This document shows, one piece after another, positions 11,201-23,725 of a stretch of DNA of 64,000 nt; the stretch's first letter is position 1; each line of letters begins with the position of its first letter. Below the pieces are notes generated by a model. It saw only the letters and a program-made list of their open reading frames with translations. It had not been told where the DNA came from and did no database searches. Made by a program: the position numbers and the translations under genes. Source of the DNA: Macrostomum lignano (lineage: Eukaryota); NCBI GenBank assembly GCA_002269645.1, contig NIVC01002033.1:124001-188000 (forward strand), read 5' to 3'.

Positions 11201-14109
11201 AAGCAGCAACAGCTGCAGCAGCATGAGCTACAGAATTCCGACGGATCTAGAGCTGCTGAAGCATCGACATCATCAGTGTCGGCGACGTCCCCGGCGGAGC
11301 TGTTGACGGGTCTAGCATTGGCCGTGTCAGCTCTGGTGCCGCTCAGCCGGCGTTGGCGTTCTCTGCAGCGACAGAAACGCTGCCTGATGAGCCTGCTGGC
11401 GGTTAGCGAGGCTCGAGCGGCCAAGCTGCGAATGCTGGCCGACACTCTGGATGGTCAGGACAGTCAAACTGGTCAGCAGCAGCTTCATCAGCGATGGCGC
11501 CGGCTGTACAGATTCCGTTCGGCTGTACTCGCCGTCATCGCTGCCAGACGTCTGCGTCGATTGATCAGCGTCTGTCATCAGAGTCGCGACAGTCGGATCT
11601 CGTCGACGCTTTGGCTGGGCGAATCGGCGCTAACAACGACGTCGTCGGATTTCGACGCCGAACAACAGTCGAACAACGCTCGGCTGACTGCGTGGCTGTC
11701 CAGCGATCGGCTGGCCTCGGCTGCCAGGGCTGCTCACGCCGAACTGAGTAGGAAAAGTCAGCATAGATTGGATTTGCGGGTCGCTGCCAGACAAGCTGCC
11801 GGTCATCTTATTGACCAATTAGACGCCATGTTTCCTCCGGCGTCCGCTGCCGTTCTGCTGTCCGACGGTGAGCCGTCGAGATTCCTTGGCACTGGCGTAG
11901 GCGGGGGCGGCATCGCTGAGCGGCTGCACCGCGGCGCCTTGGCGCTCTGTCGTCGCCTGTCGATGGCCGAGTCGGAGAGGGACCGGGCGGTGGCGGAGCT
12001 GGCGCAGGCTGAGGCCGAAGCGGTGAGCCCGTTGTGGGTTGTGCGATCTGATCATGTCACTCTGGAACCGGCTCTGTTGCGCTGCTTCCTGTTGTCCGTT
12101 TCTACCCTGGCGTCACTCTACCATCCGTCATTCTTGTCACTCTGTACTCTTCATCACTCTCTTTTCTTGTCACTCTCTACCCCACACGCACTCTTCTTGT
12201 CACTCTCTTCACCTTCCGTAACTTTTATCCCGTCACTCTTAATCTCGTCACTCTATCTACCGTCAATATTTTTTGTCACTCTCTATCCTTCGTTACTTTT
12301 CTTGTCACTCTTTACCCCCGTTACTCTTGTCACTCTTTACCCCCGTTACTCTTGTCACTCTACCTACCGTCACTCTTTCTTGTCCCTCTATGTTAGTCAC
12401 CCTATACCCTTCGTCACTTTTATCACGTCACTCCTATTTCTTGTCACTCTCTAATCTCGTCATTTTTATCATTCTACATACTGTCAACTCTTTCTTGTCA
12501 CTCTGTATGCTCGTCATTATTGTCACTATTCACCGTCAGTCAATTTTTATCCTGTCACTCTATGAATTCCGATCCTCTTCCGATGTCACCCTGCAGGAGC
12601 GCCTTCGCCGCGAGACCGCTCCCCTGGAGGAGCACCGCGCCCTGGCCGCCCAGCTTGCTTCGTCGCGCGATCGCGAACGTTGCCAAGGCCGCCAATTAGC
12701 CGCCCTGACCGCCCGGGTCCAGTCGCTGGCTGGCGAGGACGCCGATCGAGACCGGACACTGGCCGAAGCGCTCTCGGCTGTCCGGGAGTCGCGCGATCGA
12801 GTTGAAGCCACGGACGGCAGGTAATTCGTTAATTAATCGATAGTTGATATTTTAGATCCGTTAATTTATCGATAATTATTATGTTTGATGACGTGTGAAA
12901 TCGGTCCGTTTATTTGTCGATAATTGACTTTATCGATCCGTTGATTCATGGAAGATTAGCATTATCGATTCATTAATTTATCGATAATTGACATTGTGGA
13001 TCCGGTAATTAATCGATGATTGACATTGTGGATCCGGTAATTAATCGATGATTGACATTGTGGATCCGGTAATTAATCGATGATTGACATTGTGGGATCC
13101 AGTAATTAATCGATGATAGACATTATCGTTATCAATTCGTTAATTTATCGATAACTAATATAATCGACCCGTTAATTCATCGACGATTGACCTTATCGAC
13201 CCGATAATTCATCAATAGTTTATAGTATCGATCTATTTATTCATTTATCGATAATTTACATTATGAATCTTGTAATTAATAGATAATTACATTATCCATT
13301 AGTTGATTTATCCATAACTGATATTATCGACACGTATATTCTTTGATAATTTGAATTATTGATCCAGTAATTAATCGATAGTTGGCATTATCTATCAATT
13401 TATTCATCGACATTATCGAGTCGTTGACATTAACGACTCGTTAATTAATCAATAATTTACAGCATAAATCCAATTATATATCGATAATTGAGATTATCTA
13501 ACTGTTAATTCATCGATAATTTACATTATTGATCCGTTAATTCATTAATAAATTACAGTATCGATCCATTTATTTATCGATAATTGGCGTCGCAATTTGT
13601 TGATTCATTGGTAATCGATATTATCGATCCTTTAACGCAGAGAGCGCATGCTGACCGAACGGGCCGCCGCCCTGGAGTCCGCACTGGCAGCCTCCGGCCA
13701 GCGCCTTGCCGAGGCCAATCGCGATCAAGAAGCCGTCGCTGCCTACGCCGACGCCATCTGCCGGCTGGCCGATCGTCTCGTTGCCGACGGCGCCATTGAC
13801 ACCGGCGTCGGCGGCTCCGGCGACGGTGGACCGCAGGCGGCCTCCGATCTGCTGCAGAGTCGACAGCTGCTGCCCCCGGCCTCGGCTGGCGGTGGCACTG
13901 TTCTGGCTCGCTGCCAACGAGCCGTGGCCGGCGTCTGCGCCCTGCTAGCCGGGGCGGAGCGTCGAACAGCCGAAGCGCAGGAATCGCTGCTGGCTCATAG
14001 GAAAATGCTTGTACAACTGCGCAGAACTGCGGCCTCTGCGACCACGGCGACGGCTTCGGGGACAGCCAAATCTGGAAGTGCCGCTTCGCGGCGGAAGCAT
14101 CGCGTCTGA
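2215..14109 (+). CDS. CCDC171: Coiled-coil protein CCDC171-like, 10 exons, 1189 aa (2215-2719, 4311-4423, 4517-4605, 5439-5853, 7205-7378, 8630-8860, 9752-10106, 11028-12022, 12597-12820, 13641-14109)
   Basis: All introns are GT-AG and all exon phases match (total 3570 nt). Heptad-rich. Motifs EESDRLTFLKALYLQL, LLTGLALAVSALVPLSRRWRSLQRQKRCL and RFRSAVLAVIAARRL resemble recalled CCDC171 segments [43 protein letters not shown] and IFRKGVIAVLAANRL. Confidence 0.8.
2815..4205. repeat. Intronic minisatellite, 29-bp unit CCGGTTGTGAAGTGTGGGTTGCAGTACAT
   Basis: Direct tandem repetition, with variant units clustered at the left end. Confidence 0.95.
4735..5400. repeat. Intronic minisatellite, ~32-bp unit TGTGAATCTCAGGCAATGTGAACCCTGTGAAA
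   Basis: Direct tandem repetition. Confidence 0.95.
5900..7145. repeat. Intronic minisatellite, 21-bp unit GGGACTGGGAGTAGACAGGTA
   Basis: Direct tandem repetition. Confidence 0.95.
7535..8535. repeat. Intronic minisatellite, 22-bp unit GAGTGAGGGGGTGGCTGTCTAT
   Basis: Direct tandem repetition, G-rich strand. Confidence 0.95.
8900..9660. repeat. Intronic minisatellite, 22-bp unit AAAGATGTCTAGAGGTGACATC
   Basis: Direct tandem repetition; internal inverted repeat GATGTC..GACATC. Confidence 0.95.
10230..10915. repeat. Intronic purine-rich minisatellite, ~31-bp unit GAGATGGTAGGTGGAGAGGGAGTGAGATAGA
   Basis: Direct tandem repetition, almost all purine on the + strand. Confidence 0.9.
12100..12570. 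repeat. Degenerate intronic repeat (TCTTGTCACTCT core)
   Basis: Recurrent TGTCACTCT motif with a divergent spacer. Confidence 0.75.
12830..13630. repeat. Degenerate AT-rich intronic repeat (TTAATCGATGATTGACATT-like)
   Basis: Recurrent ATCGAT/AATT motifs. Confidence 0.75.
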
Positions 14110-14149
14110 CAGCTACGTGTTATTTTGGCTACTGTTTGTTTGGCACCGA

Positions 14150-14640
14150 TTCACCAGCATTGGCGCCCCTATAGCGCCCCAAGTTCACCAAGGTTGGCAC
14201 CTCTGATTCACCAATATTGGCGCCCCCGATTCACCAATTTTGAGGCCCCTTATTCACCAATATTGGCGCCCCCGATTCACCAATTTTGAGGCCCCTGATT
14301 CACCAATATTGGCGCCCCTGATTCACCAATATTGGCGCCCCCGATTCACCAATTTTGAGGCCCCTGATTCACCAATATTGGCGCCCCTGATTCACCAAGA
14401 TTGGCACCTCCTGATTCACCAATATTGGCGCCCCTGATGCACCAATATTGGCGCCCCTGATTCATCAATATTGGCGCCCCTGATTCACCAATATTAGCAC
14501 CAATAATTCACCATGATTGGCACCTCCTGATTCACCAATATTTGCGCCCCCGATTTAGCTCGTACCAGTATTGGCCCCCCGGATGCACAATATTGACGCC
14601 CCTGATTCACCAATATCGGCGCCCCCTTATACCAATTCGC
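14150..14640. repeat. Minisatellite just 3' of the CCDC171-like stop, 23-bp unit TTCACCAATATTGGCGCCCCTGA
   Basis: Tandem repetition containing palindromes CCAATATTGG and GGCGCC. Confidence 0.9.
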
Positions 14641-15354
14641 TACACCCTCTTTATTACCCCCATGACCGACTGGTAACTAATAAATAAATCAATTCTGCGA
14701 GTATTAAAACTAAGATAAACTGGAGCTTGTGTTTCTGTCATAATGCCCTTGCCTAAGTAATGTTATTTTCCGTTGTAAGCTTACCTTTTCTCATATCTGA
14801 AGCACGCTTGCCTATTCCTTCACTGTCAAAAATTATAGACATCATTTTCGCTTTGTCCTACTCAGTAGTAGCATCTAGTGCTTGTTGGTGTTTTGCTATT
14901 TTAACCACTGCCGTCCGATAAACAAAATCAATATAAAGGTATTTATTGATTGTGTAATCTTTAATACATTATCAGCTGATATATTGTTATATAGTTTATT
15001 TACAATTTCAATTGCTATATCTGTCTGTGACATTCCAAATTTTAAAGCGTATGTTTTACATTATGAGTAGCATTTTGAGTAGGAGTAGCAGGTTCTGTGT
15101 GCTCATCTTTATTACACGCGCGTTACGTCGTATTCTGCTGGTCAGATTTAGAATTTTAATGCTCTTTTTATTTCACCGTACTTGCAACATTGCAACAGAG
15201 CTCTTTTGTTATATATTTACATATAGCTCCTATATATACATATATACATACCGGGAAAATGTTTCCGACTGCCTACTGACTAGCAGTAGTGTATATTGAT
15301 CTGTGCTGTTTCTTCTGATTTGTTTTTATTCTTAACTTAAATATGGGGGCATAT

Positions 15355-15700
15355 GACTCCAGGGTTCTAGGGGGGGGGGGCGGATGACTCCAAAGTTCTA
15401 TAGGTGGATAACCCAGGGTTCTAGGGGGCGGAAGATTAGATTTCTAGGGGCGGAAGATAAGAGTTCTAGGGGGCGGAAGATTAGAGTTCTAAGGGGCTGG
15501 ATGAGGGTTCTAGTGGGCGGAAGATTAGATTTCTAGGGACTGGATGAGGGTTCTAGTGGGCGGAAGATTAGATTTCTAGGGGCGGAAGGTTAGATTTTTA
15601 GGGGGCGGAAAATTAGGGTTCTAGGGGGCGGAAAATTAGATTTCTAAGGGGCGGGAGATTAGGGTTCTAGTGGGCGGATTAATAAAGTTCTAGTGGGTGG
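15355..15700. repeat. Degenerate minisatellite TTCTAGGGGCGGAAGATTAG
   Basis: Tandem repetition. Confidence 0.85.
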
Positions 15701-15953
15701 TTGTCTCGGTGGCTTTAGGAGGCGGCTTATCTCCACAGTCAACTTAGTAGTTTAGACTTCTCTTATTAAATATTCTCTAAAAATAGTCAAATGAATGCAT
15801 AGGCTGATATTATATGGGTAGCTCGTACCTTTTTTACAACCTGACACAATCTCAATGTACTTTTATTGTTTTAATGTCGGTGCAGCGTGACTTCGCCCCA
15901 CATCGGCTCTAGAAGTAATTATATAAATATCGCCCATCCAATAACTTAGTATC

Positions 15954-17821
15954 ATGGATGACGATTTGTTCCTATCTTCCTTTGATCTGCCGCCAATGTC
16001 CGACATAGACAAGCTGGACCTGTCCGGCCTGTCCGGCGGCTTCTCATCGTCATCGGTTAACGGCGAGTTGGAACAGCTGCAGCGACTGCTCGACCTGCCT
16101 ATGGACGATCTGCACGAGTTGAACAAATTTGCCGCCTCGGTTGACGCTTTCGGCGCTAACAACGGCATCGACATTCACGCCGGGGCTGGCGACGGCGGGG
16201 ACGGCGACCCTGTGTTGCTGTCTGGCTACTCCACAGCGCCTGCGCCGCCACCACCGCCGACGCCCCCGCCGCCGCCGACGCCCCCACCGCCGCCGATGCC
16301 GCAAAAGGCGTCAAGTTTAGTTCAATTGCAACTGCACCGTTTTGCCCCTCCTCCGCCTCCGCCGCCGCCACCGCTGCAGCAGCCGCCGGTTTCGCGTCCG
16401 CCAACAACAAAAGGTCACCAAGTGATTTGGTTCGATCAGCCGGATGTCTGTCACGATGAACCGCAACCGGCGCTGCCACCTGCCGAGAGAATGCCCAGAA
16501 GTTTGCCAGAGACCGGATCGACTCCGACTATCATTATTGGACAGGCGTCGCAGCAACCGGCGGCTCCAGCACCGCCGCCGCCTCCGCCGACACCTCCGCC
16601 GCCGCCACCTCCCCCTCAGCCGGAGTCGCCGTCGCCGCCCCAGCCCCAGCAAGTATTCGCCTGTTCCACGTGTTTTCGTTCGTATCAATCAAGGTCGGCG
16701 CTTCGGGAACACCGAGAGGCTGCTCACATGTGAGCCTTTTGTGTGATTATATATTTGCAGTAACAGAGTTGAAGCTCGATTACTTCAGGGTAGCTGAAGC
16801 TGAAGTTCTATCGCTTCAGAGAAGCTGAAGTTCTATCGCTTCAGAGAAGCTGAAGTTCTATCGCTTCAGAGAAGCTGAAGTTCTATCGCTTCAGAGAAGC
16901 TGAAGTTCTATCGCTTCAGAGAAGCTGAAGTTCTATCGCTTCAGAGAAACTGAAGTTCTATCGCTTCAGAGAAGCTGAAGTTCTATCGCTTCAGAGAAGC
17001 TGAAGTTCTATCGCTTCAGAGAAGCTGAAGGTCTATCGCTTCAGTGAAGCTGAAGTTCTATCGCTTCAGTGAAGCTGATGTTCTATTGCTTCAGAGAAGC
17101 TGAAGGTCTATCGCTTCAGTGAAGCTGAAGGTCTATCGCTTCAGTGAAGCTGAAGGTCTATCGCTTCAGTGAAGCTGAAGGTCTATCGCTTCAGTGAAGC
17201 TGAAGTTCTATAGCTTCAGTGAAGCTGAAGGTCTATCGCTTCAGAGAACTCAGACACTCTAACTGTTCTATGAATAGCTGTGGCACTAATCTTTACTATA
17301 ATCATCTAAAAGAAGCTGGTCCAAACTCCAGGAACAGCCCGGTAACCTGCCTGATCTGCGCTCGCCAGCTGCGCTCCCGACACGCTCTGGTGCGCCATCT
17401 GGAGACTCAGCACTGCCGCATGACCTCGCGCGGCCTCTGCCTGCCGTTCGCCTGCGACCTGTGCGGCCGGGATTTTCCCAGCGCCGATGCGTTGCTGAGG
17501 CATCGCCGACGAGCTCCAGTGTGCTCGGTGGCTGCCACCTGTCCGGTCTGTCTGCACAAGTTCCTGAACTCGGGCGCTCTGGCCAGACACAGAGCTGATT
17601 GTCAGAAAAAGCTGGATAAAGTGAGCACACCAACTGCTCCCCTGCCGGCTAAATTGAAGTGCCAGGTGTGCAAACTGTTGCTGCCCAATCCCGATGCTTA
17701 CCGCTTCCATATGCACTATAATAAATGCCGGGACTCGGCTAGCGCGTTGGCCACGGCAGGCGCTGTGAAACGGGATCGGCCGGCGGATTTGGCTTTCATG
17801 AGGAAGCTGAATCGGTTATGA
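15954..17821 (+). CDS. Proline-rich C2H2/C2HC zinc-finger protein, 2 exons (15954-16729, 17332-17821)
   Basis: Fingers CSTCFRSYQSRSALREHREAAH, CLICARQLRSRHALVRHLETQH, CDLCGRDFPSADALLRHRRRAPVC, CPVCLHKFLNSGALARHRADC and CQVCKLLLPNPDAYRFHMHYNKC. Phase-2 intron AT|GTGAGC...CTCCAG|G restores an ATG codon. Acidic N-terminus plus poly-Pro tracts. Confidence 0.8.
16795..17248. repeat. Intronic minisatellite, 25-bp unit GAAGCTGAAGTTCTATCGCTTCAGA
   Basis: Tandem repetition; CTGAAG..CTTCAG hairpin in each unit. Confidence 0.95.
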
Positions 17822-17869
17822 CTTTTGTTCCTGTAATCTATTCTATGTTCCAGTTAATTTTATTTAGAG

Positions 17870-20075
17870 TGAGAATCACTCCTAACGGATCTGTGAAAAT
17901 CGCCCCTAATAGCTGTGTGAGAATCGCCCCTAATAGCTGTGTGAAAATCGCCCCTAATAGCTGTGTGAAAATCGCCCCTAATAGCTGTGTGAGAATCGCC
18001 CCTAATAGCTGTGTGAGAATCGCCCCTAATAGCTGTGTGAAAATCGCCCCTAATAGCTGTGTGAAAATCGCCCCTAATAGCTGTGTGAGAATCGCCCCTA
18101 ATAGCTGTGTGAGAATCGCCCCTAATAGATCTGTGAGAATCGCTCCTAATAGCTCTGCGAGAATCGCCCCTAATAGCTCTGTGAGAATCGCCCCTAATAG
18201 CTGTGTGAGAATCGCCCCTAATAGCTGTGTGAAAATCGCCCCTAATAGCTGTGTGAGAATCGCCCCTAATAGCTGTGTGAGAATCGCCCCTAATAGATCT
18301 GTGAGAATCGTCCCTAATAGCTGTGAAAATCGCCCCTAATAGCTGTGTGATAATCGCCCCTAATAGATCTGTGAGAATCGTCCCTAATAGATCTGTGAGA
18401 ATCGCCCCTAATAGATCTGTGAGAATCGTCCCTAATAGCTGTGAAAATCGCCCCTAATAGCTGTGTGATAATCGCCTCTAATAGCTGTGTGATAATCGCC
18501 CCTAATAGCTGTGTGAAAATCGCCCCTAATAGCTGTGTGAGAATCGCCCCTAATAGATCTGTGAGAATCGTCCCTAATAGCTGTGAAAATCGCCCCTAAT
18601 AGCTGTGTGATAATCGCCCCTAATAGATCTGTGAGAATCGCCCCTAATAGATCTGTGAGAATCGCCCCTAATAGATCTGTGAGAATCGCCCCTAATAGAT
18701 CTGTGAGAATCGCCCCTAATAGATTTGTGAGAATCTTCCCTAATAGATCTGTGAGAATCGCCCCTAATAGATCTGTGAGAATCGCCCCTAATCGATCTGT
18801 GAGAATCGTCCCTAATAGATCTGTGAGAATCGTCCCTAATAGATCTGTGAGAATCGTCCCTAATAGATGTGTGAGAATCGCTCCTAATAGATCTGTGAGA
18901 ATCGTCCCTAATAGATCTGTGAGAATCGCTCCTAATAGCTCTGTGAGAATCGCCCCTAATAGCTCTGTGAGAATCGCCCCTAATAGCTGTGTGAGAATCG
19001 CCCCTAATAGCTCTGTGAGAATCGCCCCTAATAGCTCTGTGAGAATCGCCCCTAACAGCTGTGTGAGAATTGCCCCTAATAGCTCTGTGGGAATCGCCAC
19101 TAACAGCTGTGTGGGAATCGCCCCTAATAGCTGTGTGAGAATCGCCCCTAATAGCTGTGTGGGAATCGCCCCTAATAGCTGTGTGAGAATCGCCCCTAAT
19201 AGCTGTGTGGGAATCGCCCCTAATAGCTCTGTGAGAATCGCCCCTAATAGCTCTGTGAGAATCGCCCCTAATAGCTCTGTGAGAATCGCCCCTAATAGCT
19301 GTGTGAGAATCGCCCCTAATAGCTCTGTGAGAATCGCCCCTAACAGCTGTGTGAGAATTGCCCCTAATAGCTCTGTGGGAATCGCCACTAACAGCTGTGT
19401 GGGAATCGCCCCTAATAGCTGTGTGAGAATCGCCCCTAATAGCTGTGTGGGAATCGCCCCTAATAGCTGTGTGGGAATCGCCCCTAATAGCTGTGTGGGA
19501 ATCGCCCCTAATAGCTCTGCGAGAATCGCCCCTAATAGCTGTGTGGGAATCGCCCCTAATAGCTGTGTGAGAATCGCCCCTAATAGCTGTGAGAATCGCC
19601 CCTAATAGCTGTGTGAGAATCGCCCCTAATAGCTGTGTGGGAATCGCCCCTAATAGCTGTGTGAGAATCGCCCCTAATAGCTGTGTGGGAATCGCCCCTA
19701 ATAGCTGTGTGAGAATCGCCCCTAATAGCTGTGTGAGAATCGCCCCTAATAGCTGTGTGGGAATCGCCCCTAATAGCTGTGTGAGAATCGCTCCTAATAG
19801 CTGTGGGAATCGCCCCTAATAGCTGTGAAAATCGCCCCTAATAGCTGTGTGAGAATCGCCCCTAATAGCTGTGTGGGAATCGCCCCTAATAGCTGTGAAA
19901 ATCGCCCCTAATAGCTGTGAAAATCGCCCCTACTAATAGCTGTAAAAATCGCCCCTAATAGCTGTGTGAGAATCGCTCCTAATAGCTGTGAGAATCGCTC
20001 CTAATAGCTGTGTGAAAATCGCCCCTACTAGCTGTGAGAATCGCCCCTAATAGCTGTGAAAATCGCCCCTAATGA
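17870..20075. repeat. Minisatellite, 24-bp unit AATCGCCCCTAATAGCTGTGTGAG (~2.2 kb)
   Basis: Tandem repetition. Confidence 0.95.
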
Positions 20076-20659
20076 AACGGCAGTGCGATTGTATTGACAT
20101 CAACTATATTATGCTTATTTAAAGGCATTACAAATGCACATTAGCTTCCATGAGATTGAGTACAAGCACTGTTTACTTATATAATTTCTAACTTTCTTTG
20201 TTGTGCATTGAATATAATAATATAGCTATTATAATGTAGTTTATCCGTGAAAAAAACTAATCATGCTTCTTTACTTGTAATTTTATTGTATTTCAAGTTT
20301 CAACTCATACCGGTAGACTAATTTGACTACTGCCAAAATAGCGTACTAGATGTTATAGTTAAAATATAGTTCTATACATTTTTAGTATACTGGATATACT
20401 GGTATCGCTACTATTTAATAAGCTAATTCTCTTAGTTTTGACCAAATCAAAAATGGCATTTCAATGCGCCGCCCTTGCGCGCAGCGTAAATTCAATACGT
20501 TGGATTGAAGTCTGCCAATTTTTGCTGATTTTGCATTTTTATTTTGGGTAAATTAAGTCTGATCTGTACTCCTAACTTGTACTTTTGCGAGTACATAGCT
20601 GCTTGTTATCTTAATTACAGTAGGTCATATGTTTTATTAACACAGGAGCATTAAGAAGT

Positions 20660-21480
20660 AGACACTGAGAAGTAGATAAAGAGTGGAAGAAGAGAGTAGC
20701 TTCAGGAGTAGACTGAGAAGTAGATAAAGAGTGGAAGAAGAGAGTAGCTTCAGGAGTAGACTGAGAAGTAGATAAAGAGTGGAAGAAGAGAGTAGCTTCA
20801 GGAGTAGACTGAGAAGTAGATGAGGAATGGGAGAAGAGAGTAGCTTCAGGAGTAGACTGAGAAGTAGATAAAGAATGGGAGAAGAGAGTAGCTTCAGGAG
20901 TAGACTGAGAAGTAGATGAGGAATGGGAGAAGAGAGTAGCTTCAGGAGTAGACTGAGAATTAGATCAAGAATGGAAGAAGAGAGTAGCTTCAGGAGTAGA
21001 CTGAGAATTAGATCAAGAATGGAAGAAGAGAGTAGCTTCAGGAGTAGACTGAGAATTAGATCAAGAATGGAAGAAGAGAGTAGCTTCAGGAGTAGACTGA
21101 GAATTAGATCAAGAATGGAAGAAGAGAGTAGCTTCAGGAGTAGACTGAGAATTAGATCAAGAATGGAAGAAGAGAGTAGCTTCAGGAGTAGACTGAGAAT
21201 TAGATCAAGAATGGAAGAAGAGAGTAGCTTCAGGAGTAGACTGAGAATTAGATCAAGAATGGAAGAAGAGAGTAGCTTCAGGAGTAGACTGAGAAGTAGA
21301 TAAAGAATGGAAGGAGAGAGTAGCTTCAGGAGTAGGCACTGAGAAGTAGATAAAGAGTGGAAGAAGAGAGTAGCTTCAGGAGTAGGCACTGAGAAGTAGA
21401 TAAAGAGTGGAAGAAGAGAGTAGCTTCAGGAGTGGCACTGAGAAGTAGATAAAGAGTGGAAGAGAGTGGCTTCAGAAGTA
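20660..21480. repeat. Minisatellite, 48-bp unit GAGTAGCTTCAGGAGTAGACTGAGAATTAGATCAAGAATGGAAGAAGA
   Basis: Tandem repetition. Confidence 0.95.
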
Positions 21481-21934
21481 GACAGAAAGGGGTATTCTAA
21501 TGACATGACAATAATTAATTAAAGCAATTAAAGCAATGCGCCAGCTATTCCTGTTTCATTTGCTTTTGTGCTGTTTTTGCTAATGTTTAAATAAATATTC
21601 AGATATTGGCTCTTGCGAATGCCGAATAAAATTGCCAACTCGAATTACCGCCCAATTATTCCACAAGTAAAACCCTGTGCTTCATCTACTTGGTCTTACT
21701 AGTCGTTGCCATAGATATTCTGTGTAGCTATGCGAAAATGAGTTATTCTTTGTCAATAAATATTTAACTGGTTGTTGCAATTCCAACTATTATTAATATT
21801 GTTATTTAAAAATAACAATGCTGCAATGCTCGATTCCAACCGTGCGTTGGCGAGTTTTTGTCTGTTCAAGCGCTTGCTAATAATGATTATTGTTTGGTAA
21901 GCGAAAGTAATAATATTACACAAAAGAGTTTTGC

Positions 21935-22080
21935 TGGGCCAGCCTCCCAGGTCCTCAGTTGCTGGGCCAGCCTCCTAGAGTATCAGTTACTGGGCCAGCC
22001 CCACAGATCATACGTTGCTGGGCCAGCCTCCCAGAGTGCCAGTTGCTGTGCCAGCCTCCCAGATCCTCAGTTGCTGGGCC
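21935..22080. repeat. Short array of the 28-bp GTTGCTGGGCCAGCCTCCCAGATCCTCA family
   Basis: Same unit as the large array at 50605-52252. Confidence 0.85.
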
Positions 22081-22794
22081 ACTGTCGACCTCCCACAGCC
22101 TACATTAGCTCAAAACAACGTTTTTCACGCATCATGCCGCATATAATTACTACAGACAACATGCATAAAGTAGTTGTTTGTTTGAATTACAAATGACTAG
22201 ACGATGGTTCCACCCCTAGCAACAGTATTTTTGTTTCTATTTTTAGAAGCACTTGAAGCGAAGAGCAGAAAAAATGCGCGCCCTAAACGAGGACAATTCG
22301 CTAGTAGCTAAATGACGCACAAACTAAGTTTGTGTTCGGGCAGACGATGACTCATGCACGCCTATATTAATGTTGCAATAACAATGGTCAGTATCTAAAA
22401 AATGTTGCTTCGAATAAAACTATCCTCGATTCCCAGAGCCGGCTCGTTTTCTTCTGTCACCTGATCTGACGGAATCAGTCCTTTATCTTATCTGCTAGTG
22501 TCGGGTCACGAGGCTCTTTACACCACTTTAACTTCTCCAGGGCCATCCAGTGGCCTGGAATCCTTGTTGTTCATTTGTAACTTTTGTCCAAAGGTTCGCG
22601 AGACCTCAATCAAAGCCAATCCGATCCGGACGACTGAAGATAGAGAAGCTTCAAGAGGTCTTCATATTGGAAAGCTCGATTGCAAAGATGATCAAATGTG
22701 TGCTTGTTTAATTACCAATGGCATAATTATCTGCATACGTTTCAGCCTAGCGTTATTACAATCATGTTGCTTTTAATAATTCACATCTCTTTTG

Positions 22795-23725
22795 GCGCCT
22801 CCCTTCACAGCTGATTTGGCGCCCCCTTCACAGCTGATTTGGCGCCCCCTTCACAGCTGATTTGGCGCCCCCTTCACAGCTGGTTTGGCGCCCCCTTCAC
22901 AGCTGATTTGGCGCCCCCTTCACAGCTGATTTGGCGCCCTCTTCACAACTGACTTGGCGCCCCCTTCACAGCTGATTTGGCGCCCCCTTCACAGCTGATT
23001 TGGCGCCCTCTTCACAACTGACTTGGCGCCCCCTTCACAGCTGATTTGGCGCCCTCTTCACAACTGACTTGGCGCCCCCTTCGCAGCTGATTTAACGCCC
23101 CCCTCCCCTTAACAACTGACTTGGCGCCCCCTTCACAGCTGACTTGGCGCCCCTTCACAGCTGATTTGGCGCCCCCTCCCCTTAACAACTGACTTGGCGC
23201 CCCCTTCACAGCTGACTTGGCGCCCCTTCACAGCTGATTTGGCGCCCCCTCCCCTTAACAACTGACTTGGCGCCCCCTTCACAGCTGGTTTGGCGCCCCC
23301 TTTACAGCTGGTTTGGTGCCCCCTTCACAGCTGGTTTGGCGCCCCTTTCACAGCTGGTTTGGCGCCCCTCCCCTTCACAGCTGATTTGGCGCCCCCCCCC
23401 ACACAGCTGGTTTGGCGCCCCCTTCACAGCTGGTTTGGCGCCCCCTTCACAGCTGGTTTGGTGCCCCCTTCACAGCTGGTTTGGCGCCCCCTTCACAGCT
23501 GGTTTGGCGCCCCCTTCACAGCTGGTTTGGCGCCCCCTTCACAGCTGGTTTGGCGCCCCCTTCACAGCTGGTTTGGTGCCCCCTTCACAGCTGGTTTGGC
23601 GCCCCCTCCCCTTCACAGCTGGTTTGGCGCCCCCTCCTCTTCACAGCTGGTTTGGCGCCCCCTCCCCTTCACAGTTGGTTTGGCGCCCCCTTCACAGCTG
23701 GTTTGGCGCCCCCTCCCCTTCACAG
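22795..23725. repeat. Minisatellite, ~23-bp unit TTGGCGCCCCCTTCACAGCTG(A/G)T
   Basis: Tandem repetition. Confidence 0.95.

Noticed and set aside
16795-17248. CRISPR-like appearance of palindromic 24-48 bp repeats (also 8900-9660, 45225-45550)
   Set aside because: Units are head-to-tail with no unique spacers, there are no cas genes, and the context is eukaryotic and intronic.
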